A DNA stretch of 64,000 nucleotides from Prevotella sp. (GTDB lineage Bacteria; Bacteroidota; Bacteroidia; Bacteroidales; Bacteroidaceae), in contig JAEEXI010000002.1 of assembly GCA_016291495.1 (NCBI GenBank), positions 113,880 to 177,879 of the forward strand, read 5' to 3'. Below, in pieces: positions 14,616 to 26,300 of this stretch. How positions within the stretch are numbered: position 1 is the stretch's first letter; each line of letters opens with the position of its first letter. Position numbers and translations under genes: made by a program. A model generated the notes under the pieces. That model saw nothing but the letters and a program-made list of their open reading frames with translations, searched no databases and had not been told where the DNA came from.

Positions 14616-17600
14616 ATGAATACTACATCTTTTATCAATGACATTAAACAGTTCCTGCCTGCAGACCGTATCTATACGGACGAACTGAGACGGTTGGGAT
14701 GGGGTACGGACGCCAGTTTCTACCGGCAGATTCCCGAGGTGGTTATCCGTAGTGATGGTGAGGAGGAGATATCCCGCATCGTTGCACTCTGCCACAAGCA
14801 TCAGTTGCCCTACACGTTCCGCGCCGCCGGCACATCGCTGTCCGGACAGAGTTGTACCGAAAGCGTGCTCATCGTGGCTGGCAAGCATTGGGAGAAATGG
14901 AGCCTCTCGGCTGACCAAGAGCGCATCACGCTGCAGCCTGGTATCGTGGGTGGCAGGGTGAACGAGATTCTGAAGCCCTTCGGTCGGGTATTCCCACCTG
15001 ACCCTGCCAGCATCGGCAGTGCGATGGTGGGTGGTATCGTCATCAACAATGCGTCGGGCATGAACTGTGGCGTGCATGCCAACAGCGACCGGATGCTGCT
15101 CTCGGCACGTATCATACTGACTGACGGCACGGTGCTCGACACGGGGTCAGAGGAGAGCAAAGAGGCGTTCCGCAAGAGCCATCCCGAGTTCATTGCCAGA
15201 ATCGAAGCCCTACGCGACAAGGTGCGTGCCGACAAGGAATTGGCCGACCGCATCACGAAGAAGTATTCCATCAAGAATGTGACGGGTCTCAACCTGCGTC
15301 CATTGGTTGCCTATGACGATCCCTTTGACATCATCGCCCATTCGATGGTAGGGTCGGAGGGTACGCTGGCCTTCCTCTCGGAAGTGACGATGAGGACGCT
15401 GAAGGACTATCCGTTCAAGGCTTCGGCAATGGTCTATTTCCTGACGATGAAGGAGAGTTGTGAGGCTGTCGTGGCGATGAAGAAGCTGAAGGCTGGCGAG
15501 GAAGACCTGGCGATGAGTGCTGAGAACCTGATGGTGAAGAGTGCTGAGATGCTCGACTATAAGTCGCTTTCGTCTGTTGACGATCCAGTATATCTGCAGT
15601 ATCAGAAAGACGTGGATGCTGGCAAGATAGCGGGTGTGGAGCCTGGTGACTATCACAACCTGACAGCCATCCTTACGGAGACGAAGGGTATCACGCACGA
15701 GCAACTCTTGGAGAAGATTGCGAAGATCAAGGAGTGTCTGGGACAGTTCCGTCTCTATATCCCTGCCGAGTTTACGGAGGATCCTGCCGTCTATGGCAAA
15801 TACTGGGCTATCCGCTCAGGTATCTTCCCCAGCGTGGGTGGTACCCGTCCGGTAGGAACGTCGTGTCTGATAGAGGATGTCGCCTTCCCGATCGAGTCGT
15901 TGCCGGAGGCTACTGTGAAACTGCAGAAACTGATTGCCGACCACGGCTATGACGATGCCTGTATCTACGGCCATGCCTTCGAGGGTAACTACCACTTCAT
16001 CCTGAACCAGAGCTTTGCCGACGAGCACGAGGTGGCACGTTATGCCGAGATGATGCGTGACGTGGCGAAACTGGTGGTCGAGGAGTATGACGGTTCGCTG
16101 AAGGCAGAGCACGGCACAGGCAGGAATATGGCTCCGTTCGTGAAGTACGAGTGGGGCGAGAAGGCCTACGAGGTGATGAAGGAGTTGAAGGCTATCTTCG
16201 ATCCGGACGGACTGTTGAACCAGGGGGTCATCTTCAACGACGATCCCGACTGCTTCATCAAGTGTCTGAAACCGTTGCCCGTCCTCGACTACGACTTCGA
16301 CAAGGTGCCCGATGGCGGACATTATCTGATGGAGCCTGCACTCTCAACCGCCAAGGAGACCATCGAACAGGTGAAGCGCGCCAACAAGTGTATCGAGTGC
16401 GGCTTCTGTGAGGTCAACTGTATGTCGTGCGGACTGACGCTGTCGTCGAGAATGCGTATTGCCGTGCAGCGTGAGATACGCCATCTCATCAAGACTGGCG
16501 AGAACCCTGAGCGGCTGGCTACGCTGAAGAAGCAGTATAAATACTATGGTGACCAGACCTGTGCCACTGACGGACTCTGTTCTACATCGTGCCCGATGAA
16601 GATCAATACGGGAGAGTTGACCCACCTGATTCGTCAGATGGATATGAACGACAGTCCTACGGGCTATAAGATCGGTGAGTTTGCTGCCAACCACATGGCT
16701 GGTATCAAATCGGGTCTGCGTGTCGTGCTTGACGTGGCCCATACTGCTCATATCACCCTCGGTCCTACGATGATGACCAGTATTGCCCGTGGTATGAACA
16801 AGATGGGGCTGCCCCTCTGGACGACGGCGATGCCGAAGAAGAAACGGCAGCCGAAACCCAGCGATCTGACGCAGTTTATCATCGAGAAGAGCATTCCGCA
16901 TAAAGAGGAGGAGCACTCACCATTGAAGGTGGTTTACTTCCCCAGCTGTATCAACCAGACGATGGGACAGTCGAAGCATGGCGGTAAGATTCATGCCTTG
17001 GTGGATGAGGTCATCCAGCTGATGGCGAAGGCTGGTTATGAGGTCATTTTCCCAGAGGGAATGGATCGTATGTGCTGCGGACAGATTTGGGAGTCGAAGG
17101 GTATGCTCGACATTGCCGACCGCAAGAGTGCAGAACTGGAAGCAGCTATCTGGAAAGCCTCGGAAGAGGGTAAGTATCCCGTGCTTTGTGCCCAGAGCCC
17201 TTGTCTGCATCGCATGAAGAAAGTGATGCATAAGATGAAGCTCTACGAGCCTGCCGAGTTTATCATGAAGTATCTCGTGCCGCGTCTGGACTTCCATCCG
17301 ATTGACCGTCCTGTTGCGCTGCACCTCACTTGTTCCACCCGTCAGATGGGGGTCGACAAGGATATGGTAGCGCTGGCCAAGATGTGTTCTACGAAGGTCT
17401 TCCTGCCTGAGGGTGTGGGCTGTTGCGGCTTTGCCGGTGACAGAGGCTTCACCTTCCCGGAGATGAACAAGTATGCGTTGCGAAAACTGCGTCCGCAGAT
17501 TGAGGCCAACCATATCGAGGTGGGTTATTCGAACAGCCGTACCTGCGAGATAGGACTCGAGACGAATACGGGAATCCCGTATATGTCCATCGTCTATCTC

Positions 17601-17630
17601 GTTAACGAGTGTACGACTGCAAAAACTTGA
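14616..17630 (+). CDS. FAD- and Fe-S-dependent D-lactate dehydrogenase (Dld-II type)
   Basis: RAAGTSLSGQ, GSLKAEHGTGRNMAPF, CIECGFCEVNC, CATDGLCSTSCP, C-terminal CCG domains; start moved to MNTTSF. Confidence 0.88.
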   Translation: MNTTSFINDIKQFLPADRIYTDELRRLGWGTDASFYRQIPEVVIRSDGEEEISRIVALCHKHQLPYTFRAAGTSLSGQSCTESVLIVAGKHWEKWSLSADQERITLQPGIVGGRVNEILKPFGRVFPPDPASIGSAMVGGIVINNASGMNCGVHANSDRMLLSARIILTDGTVLDTGSEESKEAFRKSHPEFIARIEALRDKVRADKELADRITKKYSIKNVTGLNLRPLVAYDDPFDIIAHSMVGSEGTLAFLSEVTMRTLKDYPFKASAMVYFLTMKESCEAVVAMKKLKAGEEDLAMSAENLMVKSAEMLDYKSLSSVDDPVYLQYQKDVDAGKIAGVEPGDYHNLTAILTETKGITHEQLLEKIAKIKECLGQFRLYIPAEFTEDPAVYGKYWAIRSGIFPSVGGTRPVGTSCLIEDVAFPIESLPEATVKLQKLIADHGYDDACIYGHAFEGNYHFILNQSFADEHEVARYAEMMRDVAKLVVEEYDGSLKAEHGTGRNMAPFVKYEWGEKAYEVMKELKAIFDPDGLLNQGVIFNDDPDCFIKCLKPLPVLDYDFDKVPDGGHYLMEPALSTAKETIEQVKRANKCIECGFCEVNCMSCGLTLSSRMRIAVQREIRHLIKTGENPERLATLKKQYKYYGDQTCATDGLCSTSCPMKINTGELTHLIRQMDMNDSPTGYKIGEFAANHMAGIKSGLRVVLDVAHTAHITLGPTMMTSIARGMNKMGLPLWTTAMPKKKRQPKPSDLTQFIIEKSIPHKEEEHSPLKVVYFPSCINQTMGQSKHGGKIHALVDEVIQLMAKAGYEVIFPEGMDRMCCGQIWESKGMLDIADRKSAELEAAIWKASEEGKYPVLCAQSPCLHRMKKVMHKMKLYEPAEFIMKYLVPRLDFHPIDRPVALHLTCSTRQMGVDKDMVALAKMCSTKVFLPEGVGCCGFAGDRGFTFPEMNKYALRKLRPQIEANHIEVGYSNSRTCEIGLETNTGIPYMSIVYLVNECTTAKT

Positions 17631-17633
17631 TAA

Positions 17634-18443
17634 TCAGAAAGTACAGGGCAATGTGCTCAACTGATAATAGAGGGTACGGGCCATGCGCTCGTGCCCTTTG
17701 TCATTGGGGTGCAAGCGGTCTACGGCACCGTCCTTGAAGTACTGCACATGCTCGTCCATCAAGGGGTATAATCCGCTCAGCGCATTCAGGTCGATGACAG
17801 GTACTGCCCAGATATTGCCAGCCTCTTTGACGGCTTCCACGTAGCGAAGGAATGGTTCTCCGCAACGGTTGTAATAGTCTTCCGTCGGTTGCCAGTTCTT
17901 GTCGTTCCGATAGAATCCGGCACGATGGATGGGCGTGATGAGCACAATCTGTTTGGTGGGGTAGGTGCGCTTCAGTTTGTCAAGCGCGATATTGATACGT
18001 CCCTTGTAGGTGTCCGTTGTCATGACGGGAAGCATCCGCTTCCGCGTGACGATATGCTTGGGTTCGTGAATTCCTGCCATGACTTCTTCCTCTTTGATGT
18101 CATACCATTCTCCGAGAGGAATACCCTCGTTGAAATCATTCGTGCCGATGAAGATGAGAATGGCATCTACGGAGTCGCCATGCTCTGACTGCAGCTTGTC
18201 GGTCTGAACGGGGATATTATTCCATTGTCGTCCGCTCACGCCATAGACGTAGGTCGTGATATGGAGCCAATCTTGCAGAAAATTCCAATACTTTAGCTTT
18301 GAACCGTCGTTCCTGGGGTCAGTGATAGAGTCACCGAAATAGGCGACTCGTTTGTTCATCCAAGGATGTACGAAGGTGGTCTGTCCATAAACGGCTCCGC
18401 AGAGCAGAGCCGATAATATAAATAAGGTAAGTCTTTTCTTCAT
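17634..18443 (-). CDS. Secreted SGNH/GDSL hydrolase (acetylxylan esterase-like)
   Basis: Signal peptide MKKRLTLF; GDSITD, IGTND, DRLHPNDKGH. Confidence 0.88.
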   Translation of the reverse strand: MKKRLTLFILSALLCGAVYGQTTFVHPWMNKRVAYFGDSITDPRNDGSKLKYWNFLQDWLHITTYVYGVSGRQWNNIPVQTDKLQSEHGDSVDAILIFIGTNDFNEGIPLGEWYDIKEEEVMAGIHEPKHIVTRKRMLPVMTTDTYKGRINIALDKLKRTYPTKQIVLITPIHRAGFYRNDKNWQPTEDYYNRCGEPFLRYVEAVKEAGNIWAVPVIDLNALSGLYPLMDEHVQYFKDGAVDRLHPNDKGHERMARTLYYQLSTLPCTF

Positions 18444-18447
18444 GTAT

Positions 18448-18855
18448 TTAGTATTCCATCTTGGCAGGCAGTTCCTTAGCCTGGTCAATCATCTTCTGGA
18501 TCTCAACTACGGCAGGAACGCGGTTGGTCAGATTCTTCTGGGCATTCACCTCTTCGAGTTTCTTCTGCAGGTTCTCTGCTACGCGATGCTTCAGCTCCTT
18601 GACGGTATCGACACCAGCGGCTTCCAATAACTCGGCAAACTGCGGTCCGACGCCATTGATGCGGTACAGGTCGCAGTGGTTGGCCCATTTCAGAATCAGT
18701 TTCCCACTAATACCCGTCGCCTCCTCCAGTGCCTTGCGGCCTGCGGGCTTTGCACATTTCTCTAACAGTTCGGCATCCGTCTTGATGCCAACAGCAATCA
18801 GTTTCTCAGCGTAAACTTCGCCAACACCTTCAATGTCAATTACTTTGTAAGTCAT
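18448..18855 (-). CDS. DUF4332 domain protein (HhH-like)
   Basis: IEGVGEVYAEKL, WANHCDLYRINGVG, GVDTVKEL; start MTYKV. Confidence 0.85.
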   Translation of the reverse strand: MTYKVIDIEGVGEVYAEKLIAVGIKTDAELLEKCAKPAGRKALEEATGISGKLILKWANHCDLYRINGVGPQFAELLEAAGVDTVKELKHRVAENLQKKLEEVNAQKNLTNRVPAVVEIQKMIDQAKELPAKMEY

Positions 18856-18912
18856 AATGGTAAAATTAGTTTTAGTTTTCACGCAGTGGATGCACTTTGC
18901 ATACTGCAACGG

Positions 18913-19003
18913 CAAATTTACGAAATAAATCAATGTGAAGCAACTTTTTATTTTTTTTTAATACTATATTTTGCATAATAAGGCAAATAAATAACTATCT
19001 TTG
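18913..19003. promoter_or_regulatory. Divergent -7 boxes
   Basis: TAAATTTG (minus, 18913-20) and TATCTTTG (plus, 18996-19003). Confidence 0.6.
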
Positions 19004-19027
19004 CCTCGATTTTTAATAAAAGAGAAG

Positions 19028-19753
19028 ATGAATTACAACGATTATGAATTGAAAGAGTATGCAGCTACCGAGAGACAATGGGATGTCTCTGCTGCATTTC
19101 CCGTATTGATGCGTAAAGTATATGTATGGATGACACTGGCACTGGCGATTACCGGTTTCACGGCCTATGCCGTCGCTTCCAGTCCTGGCATCCTTCAGGC
19201 AATCTATAGCAACCAGATTCTGTTCTGGGGACTGATTATTGCTGAGTTCGGACTGGTCATTGGAGTGAGTGCGGCTATCAATAAGTTATCACTGAGTACC
19301 GCCACCTTGATGTTTGTGCTGTATTCCGTCATCAACGGTGCGCTGATGTCGTATATCTTCCTGGCATATACCGCCTCTTCCATCGCTACCGTATTCTTTA
19401 TCACGGCAGGTACCTTTGCGGCCATGGCGTTGATAGGATACACCACGAAGACCGACTTGTCGTCGCTGGGCAAGTATTTGCTGATGGGACTGATAGGTAT
19501 TATCATTGCTACCTTGGTGAATGTATTCTTTGTGAAGAGTACTGGCTTCGACCTAATCCTGAGCTATGCTGGTGTCTTGATTTTCGTAGGACTGACCGCA
19601 TACGACTCCCAGAAGATCAAACAGATGCTCATGGAGGCACCGGATGCAGGGGAGACAGCACAGAAATACGCACTTCTGGGTGCCCTCTCGCTCTATCTTG
19701 ACTTCATCAACCTGTTTATCTACCTGCTTCGTATTTTCGGAAAGAGAGATTAG
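19028..19753 (+). CDS. Bax inhibitor-1/YccA family membrane protein
   Basis: MRKVYVWMTLAL, LTAYDSQKIK, GALSLYLDFINLF. Confidence 0.92.
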   Translation: MNYNDYELKEYAATERQWDVSAAFPVLMRKVYVWMTLALAITGFTAYAVASSPGILQAIYSNQILFWGLIIAEFGLVIGVSAAINKLSLSTATLMFVLYSVINGALMSYIFLAYTASSIATVFFITAGTFAAMALIGYTTKTDLSSLGKYLLMGLIGIIIATLVNVFFVKSTGFDLILSYAGVLIFVGLTAYDSQKIKQMLMEAPDAGETAQKYALLGALSLYLDFINLFIYLLRIFGKRD

Positions 19754-19770
19754 AAGAATTGGGTGTAAAA

Positions 19771-19802
19771 TTTGCGTGTTTCGTAGAAAAGCACTACCTT
19801 TG
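19771..19802 (+). promoter_or_regulatory. Full Bacteroidota promoter
   Basis: TTTG-20 nt-TACCTTTG. Confidence 0.75.
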
Positions 19803-19824
19803 CACCGTCCAAAAGCCAAACGTG

Positions 19825-20289
19825 ATGAAAAAGACAGTATTTTTATTGGTATCATTGATGCTGGTGATAGCCTGTTCCAAACAGGAAAAACCATTCAACT
19901 ACCGTGGATTATCATTGGCAATGTCTACGTCTCAGTTTGTGGATTCCATGAAGGCTCGTGGCTTTGCTGTTGATAGTGCTGCCTCTGACAGCGGCCGAAC
20001 AGTGGTCTTTGCCAGTACACAGCAGAAATACAGGGTTCTGGTAGCTTTCGCAGGACAGAAGTTGGCAGCCGTACAGGAACAATACACTTTGTCGTCGAAT
20101 GATAGTACACGTCGTATGTGGCAAGAGATGCGTGACGGCTTGGAGAAGGAACTCGGTGCATGGCCTGACTGTCCGTTGTTGAAGGACGATCACAAGATAG
20201 CTAACTTTGATGCCTCAGACGGCATTATCTCAGTCATCTTAGAAAACACCTACAAGCCGACGCTGACGATACGCTATCTGCCAAAATAA
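19825..20289 (+). CDS. Hypothetical lipoprotein
   Basis: MKKTVFLLVSLMLVIAC lipobox. Confidence 0.75.
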   Translation: MKKTVFLLVSLMLVIACSKQEKPFNYRGLSLAMSTSQFVDSMKARGFAVDSAASDSGRTVVFASTQQKYRVLVAFAGQKLAAVQEQYTLSSNDSTRRMWQEMRDGLEKELGAWPDCPLLKDDHKIANFDASDGIISVILENTYKPTLTIRYLPK

Positions 20290-20335
20290 AGGAATAAGAC
20301 AACAACACAAACATACTTAAAAAGAGAGAAAGACC

Positions 20336-22180
20336 ATGTGTGGAATAGTAGGGTATATTGGACAAAAAGAGGCCTTCCCTATCTTGATTAAAGGATTACG
20401 CCGACTGGAGTATCGTGGCTACGACTCTGCCGGTGTTGCCCTTATCAACGATAATGGTGAATTGAATGTCTGTAAGGCAAAGGGAAAGGTTGATAATCTG
20501 GTAGATTATTGTAATGACAAGAACGTCAGTGGTTCTGTAGGTATTGCCCATACACGTTGGGCAACGCATGGAGAACCTTCTGCAGTGAATGCGCATCCAC
20601 ACTATTCGCAATCGAAGAATCTGGCAATTATCCATAATGGTATCATAGAGAACTATGCCGACTTGAAAGAGAAGTTGCAGGCGAAAGGGGTTTCGTTCCG
20701 TTCTGATACTGACACCGAAGTGCTGGTGCAGCTGGTGGAGTATATCATGGAGCGTAAAAATCTTGACCTGTTGACTGCTGTTCAGGTGGCATTGTACCAG
20801 GTGATTGGTGCCTATGCCATTGCTATTATTGACAAGCGTCAGCCTGACCAGATTATTGCTGCCCGCAAGCAGAGTCCGCTGGTAGTGGGTATCGGAGATG
20901 ATGAATTCTTCCTTGGTTCTGATGCCAGTCCCATCGTGGAATACACGGATAAGGTGGTGTATCTGGAAGACGGAAACATTGCCGTACTTCGAAAAGGAGA
21001 GGAACTGAAGGTCGTCAGTATCTTAGGTGAGGAACAGGAATTGGCCGTCAAGAAGGTGGATATTAATCTTGGTCAGTTAGAGAAGGGCGGTTTTGCTCAC
21101 TTTATGCTGAAGGAGATTTTCGAACAGCCGGATTGCCTGACAAACTGTATGCGAGGACGTGTCAACGTGGATACGGATAATGTCGTACTCTCTGCAGTCA
21201 TCGACTATAAGCAGCAGTTGTTGAATGCCAAGCGTTTCATCATTGTTGCCTGTGGTACTTCATGGCATGCCGGTTTGATAGGTAAGCAGATGATAGAACA
21301 GTTCTGCAGGATTCCTGTGGAAGTGGAATATGCCTCAGAGTTCCGTTATCGTAATCCTGTCATTACCAAAGAGGATGTGGTTATTGCTATTTCGCAGAGT
21401 GGTGAGACAGCGGATACGCTGGCTGCCGTACAACTGGCTAAGGAAGCCGGTGCCTTTATCTATGGTATCTGCAATGCCATCGGCTCGAGTATCCCCCGTG
21501 CTACAGACACGGGTTCCTATATTCATGTAGGACCGGAAATTGGTGTCGCCTCTACAAAGGCATTTACTGGACAGGTAACGGTATTGACAATGCTTGCCCT
21601 TGCCTTGGCGAAGGAGAAGGGAACGATTTCCAACGAGAACTATATGCATATCGTGAAGGAGTTGCATGAGATTCCTGCTAAGATTAAAGAGGTGTTGAAA
21701 CAGAATGACCGCATTGCCGATCTGAGCCGCACCTTCACCTATGCACGCAACTTCCTGTATCTGGGACGCGGCTTCAGTTATCCTGTTGCCTTGGAGGGCG
21801 CCTTGAAGTTGAAGGAGATTTCCTATATTCATGCAGAGGGTTATCCGGCAGCAGAAATGAAACATGGACCGATTGCCTTGATAGACTCTGATATGCCAGT
21901 GGTTGTCATTGCTACCCATAACGGAATGTATGAGAAGGTGCTTTCGAACATCCAGGAGGTGAAGGCGCGTAAGGGTAAGGTCATTGCTGTGGTCAGTCAG
22001 GGTGACGACACCATCAGTCGGATAGCCGATGAGGTGATCGCACTGCCAGATACGATAGAGTGTCTGGAACCGTTATTGGCAACGATACCACTGCAGATGC
22101 TTGCTTATCACGTTGCTGTTTGCAAAGGTCTGAATGTCGATCAACCAAGGAACCTTGCTAAGAGCGTTACCGTTGAATGA
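20336..22180 (+). CDS. glmS: Glutamine--fructose-6-phosphate aminotransferase
   Basis: MCGIVGYIG, LEYRGYDSAG, HTRWATHG, SQSGETADT, DQPRNLAKSVTVE. Confidence 0.99.
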   Translation: MCGIVGYIGQKEAFPILIKGLRRLEYRGYDSAGVALINDNGELNVCKAKGKVDNLVDYCNDKNVSGSVGIAHTRWATHGEPSAVNAHPHYSQSKNLAIIHNGIIENYADLKEKLQAKGVSFRSDTDTEVLVQLVEYIMERKNLDLLTAVQVALYQVIGAYAIAIIDKRQPDQIIAARKQSPLVVGIGDDEFFLGSDASPIVEYTDKVVYLEDGNIAVLRKGEELKVVSILGEEQELAVKKVDINLGQLEKGGFAHFMLKEIFEQPDCLTNCMRGRVNVDTDNVVLSAVIDYKQQLLNAKRFIIVACGTSWHAGLIGKQMIEQFCRIPVEVEYASEFRYRNPVITKEDVVIAISQSGETADTLAAVQLAKEAGAFIYGICNAIGSSIPRATDTGSYIHVGPEIGVASTKAFTGQVTVLTMLALALAKEKGTISNENYMHIVKELHEIPAKIKEVLKQNDRIADLSRTFTYARNFLYLGRGFSYPVALEGALKLKEISYIHAEGYPAAEMKHGPIALIDSDMPVVVIATHNGMYEKVLSNIQEVKARKGKVIAVVSQGDDTISRIADEVIALPDTIECLEPLLATIPLQMLAYHVAVCKGLNVDQPRNLAKSVTVE

Positions 22181-22185
22181 TATAC

Positions 22186-22221
22186 AGGGCGATTCGTCAT
22201 TGACGTTTCGCCCTTCTTTTT
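22186..22221 (+). terminator. Intrinsic terminator after glmS
   Basis: AGGGCGA/TCGCCCT stem plus T-run. Confidence 0.6.
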
Positions 22222-22247
22222 GAAAATAGAATACTAAACAAGATATA

Positions 22248-23321
22248 ATGAAAGATGTAACATTAGTCCTGGAGGACGGAACAAGATTTAAGGGGAAGTC
22301 ATTTGGCTATGATGCTCCTGTTGCCGGTGAGGTCGTTTTCAATACGGCAATGATGGGATATCCGGAGTCGTTGACGGATCCCTCGTATGCGGGACAGTTG
22401 ATGACGCTGACTTATCCGCTGGTAGGAAACTATGGTGTGCCTCGCTTCTCTATAGAGGAAAACGGTTTGCCTACCTTTATGGAGAGTGACAAGATTTATG
22501 CCTCAGCCATTATCGTCAGTGATTACAGTGAGCAGTACAGTCATTGGAATGCCTGTGAGAGTCTTGGTGACTGGTTGAAGCGCGAGAAGGTTCCTGGTGT
22601 GACAGGTATTGATACACGCCAATTGACAAAGGTGCTTCGTGAGCATGGCGTGATGATGGGTAGACTGGTGTTCTCGGAGGACTCTGAGAACAATGAATAC
22701 CCTGACTATGGAAGTATCAATTGGGTTGACCGTGTGTCCTGCAAGGAGATTATCCATTATAATGAAGGTGCAGGAAAGAAAGTCGTACTTGTCGATTGCG
22801 GCGTGAAAGCGAATATTATCCGTTGTCTGATAAACCGTGGCGTAGAGGTCATCCGTGTTCCTTGGAATTATGACTATACGCAGATGGAATTCGACGGTCT
22901 CTTCCTTGCCAATGGTCCTGGTGACCCTGATATGTGTGAGGATGCGGTGAATATTATTCGTAAGCAGATGTCACAGAGTCGTAAACCCATCTGTGGAATC
23001 TGTATGGGTAACCAGTTGCTCGCCAAGGCCGGAGGCGCACAAATCTATAAGTTGAAATACGGGCATCGTTCCCATAATCAACCAGTACGTGAGGTGGGTA
23101 CCAATCGCTGTTATGTGACCAGTCAGAATCATGGCTATGCTGTGGATGCTGCAACTCTTGGAAAGGAATGGAGGGAGTTGTTCGTGAACATGAATGACGG
23201 TTCGAATGAAGGCATCCGTCATCAGACCAATCCGTGGTTCAGTAGTCAGTTCCATCCAGAAGCTTGTTCTGGCCCCGTTGATACAGAATTTATGTTTGAT
23301 CGTTTTATAGAAGCATTGTAA
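22248..23321 (+). CDS. carA: Carbamoyl-phosphate synthase small subunit
   Basis: GEVVFNTAMMGYPESLTDPSY, NGPGDP, GICMGNQ, QFHPEA. Confidence 0.98.
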   Translation: MKDVTLVLEDGTRFKGKSFGYDAPVAGEVVFNTAMMGYPESLTDPSYAGQLMTLTYPLVGNYGVPRFSIEENGLPTFMESDKIYASAIIVSDYSEQYSHWNACESLGDWLKREKVPGVTGIDTRQLTKVLREHGVMMGRLVFSEDSENNEYPDYGSINWVDRVSCKEIIHYNEGAGKKVVLVDCGVKANIIRCLINRGVEVIRVPWNYDYTQMEFDGLFLANGPGDPDMCEDAVNIIRKQMSQSRKPICGICMGNQLLAKAGGAQIYKLKYGHRSHNQPVREVGTNRCYVTSQNHGYAVDAATLGKEWRELFVNMNDGSNEGIRHQTNPWFSSQFHPEACSGPVDTEFMFDRFIEAL

Positions 23322-23322
23322 G

Positions 23323-26300
23323 ATGAAATACGAGAATATTAAGAAAGTCCTGTTACTTGGTTCTGGTGCATTGAAAATCGGTGAGGCTGGTGAGTTTGAC
23401 TACTCAGGATCTCAGGCATTAAAGGCATTACGTGAAGAGGGTGTAAAGACAATACTCATCAACCCGAATATTGCAACGGTGCAGACTTCCGAGGGTGTCG
23501 CCGACGAGGTGTATTTCCTGCCAGTACAACCATATTTCGTGGAACGTGTCATAGAGAAGGAACGTCCGGACGGCATCTTGCTTTCCTTTGGCGGTCAGAC
23601 GGCCTTGAATTGTGGCGTTGAACTCTATAAGAGTGGCGTGTTGGAGAAGTATCATGTCAAGGTGTTGGGTACCCCAGTACAGGCTATCATGGATACTGAA
23701 GACCGTGAACTCTTTGTGGAGAAACTCAATGAGATTGATGTTAAGACGATCAAGAGTGAGGCTTGTGAGACGATAGAACAGGCTCGTCAGGCGGCTAAGG
23801 ATTTAGGATATCCTGTGATTATCCGCGCAGCCTATGCATTAGGCGGTCTGGGTTCTGGCTTCTGTGATAATGAGGAGGAACTTAATAAACTGGCAGAGAA
23901 AGCTTTCTCGTTCTCTCCGCAGGTGTTGGTAGAGAAATCACTGAAGGGATGGAAAGAGATAGAATATGAAGTGGTTCGTGACCGTTATGACAATTGTATT
24001 ACAGTCTGTAATATGGAGAATTTCGACCCGCTGGGTATTCATACCGGAGAGTCGATTGTCGTTGCTCCTTCTCAGACACTGACTAATTCAGAATACCATA
24101 AACTGCGTGCCCTTGCCATCAAGATTATCCGTCATATCGGTATTGTGGGAGAATGTAACGTCCAATATGCATTCGACCCTCAGTCAGAAGACTATCGTGT
24201 CATTGAGGTCAATGCCCGATTGAGCCGTTCTTCGGCTCTTGCCTCCAAGGCGACAGGCTATCCTTTGGCTTTTGTGGCTGCGAAGTTAGGTATGGGATAT
24301 GGTCTTTTTGAATTGAAAAACTCTGTGACGAAGACAACCTCTGCTTTCTTTGAGCCGGCTCTTGACTATGTGGTATGTAAGATTCCCCGTTGGGACCTTT
24401 CCAAATTTCATGGTGTAGACAAAGAACTAGGATCTTCCATGAAGTCTGTGGGTGAAGTGATGGCTATCGGTCGTACCTTTGAAGAGGCTATCCAGAAAGG
24501 ACTCCGTATGATCGGGCAGGGTATGCATGGGTTTGTCGAGAATAAGGAACTGTCAATTGCCGATGTGGACGCTGCCCTTCGTGAGCCTACAGACAAACGT
24601 ATCTTTGTCATTTCAAAAGCCATGCATCTGCCTCAATATGATATAGAACGTATCCATGAGCTGACGAAGATAGACAAGTGGTTCCTGTATAAGTTGAAGC
24701 ATATTATTGACATTGATGAGGCATTGAAGAAGACCCATAAGGATGCCCTGACGGAAGACCTGTTGCGAACGGCCAAGGAATATGGATTCACAGACTTTCA
24801 GATAGCTCGAGCCATTGGCATGGAGGATGAAAAAGGGAATATGCATAAGGCGATGCTGGAAGTACGTCGTATACGTAAGGAAATGGGAATTCTTCCTGTT
24901 GTCAAACAGATAGATACGCTGGCTGCGGAGTATCCTGCACAGACGAACTACCTGTATGTCACGTATAAAGGAACGGACAGTGATATACCTTTTGAAAAGG
25001 ATGGGAAAACGATTATTGTCCTTGGCTCTGGTGCCTATCGTATTGGATCGAGCGTAGAGTTTGACTGGTGTGGTGTGCAGGCATTGAACACCATCCGTAA
25101 GGAAGGGTGGAGGAGTGTCATGATCAACTACAATCCTGAGACGGTGTCAACAGATTATGATATGTGTGACCGTCTGTATTTTGATGAGTTGACTTTTGAA
25201 CGTGTCATGGATATCATCGATATGGAACAGCCACATGGTGTCATCGTATCAACAGGTGGTCAGATACCTAATAATCTTGCCATGGCACTGGATGAGCAAC
25301 ATGTCTCGATTCTTGGTACGTCGGCACAGGATATCGATGGTGCGGAGGACCGTGCGAAATTCTCGCAAATGTTGAATGAGATAGGAGTTAACCAGCCGGA
25401 ATGGAGCGCCTTGACTTCTATGCAGGATATTGATGCCTTTGTGGAGCGCGTAGGATTTCCTGTCTTGGTACGTCCTTCCTATGTCTTGAGTGGTGCTGCC
25501 ATGAATGTCTGTTCTAACAAGGAGGAATTAGAACGTTTCCTGCAACTTGCTGCAAATGTGAGTGAAGATCATCCTGTTGTGGTCTCAAAGTTTATTGAGA
25601 ATGCCAAGGAGATAGAGATGGATGCTGTGGCAAAGGATGGTGAGATTCTTGCATATGCAATCTCAGAACATATTGAGTTTGCCGGTGTTCATTCAGGGGA
25701 TGCCACTATACAATTTCCACCTCAGAAACTTTATGTGGAGACGGTGCGCCGTATCAAGCGTATCAGCAGACAGATAGCGAAGGCGTTGCATATCAATGGA
25801 CCTTTCAACATCCAATTTATGGCACGTGACAATGATATTCTTGTTATTGAGTGTAATTTACGTGCCTCACGTTCTTTCCCCTTTGTATCAAAGGTGTTAA
25901 AATTGAATATGATAGAACTTGCCACGAAAGTCATGCTTGGACTTCCCGTGGAGAAACCGCATAAGAACCTGTTTGACCTTGATTATGTGGGAATTAAAGC
26001 AAGTCAATTCTCTTTTAATCGCTTGCAGAAAGCAGACCCCGTGTTGGGTGTAGATATGGCTTCTACGGGTGAAGTCGGCTGTTTGGGTGATAATACCTCT
26101 ACAGCTTTGTTGAAGTCGATGTTGAGTGTAGGACATCGCATCCCCAAGAAGACAGTATTGCTTTCAACAGGTAGTGCAAAACAAAAAGCGGAGATGTTGG
26201 ATGCTGCCCGTATGTTAGTTGAGCATGGTTACGAACTCTATGCCACTGGCGGAACGTCGAAATATCTAGAAGATAATGGGGTTCAGAATACGCTTGTACA

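Noticed and set aside
20290-20335. glmS ribozyme
   Set aside because: The leader is only about 46 nt and AT-rich with no such structure
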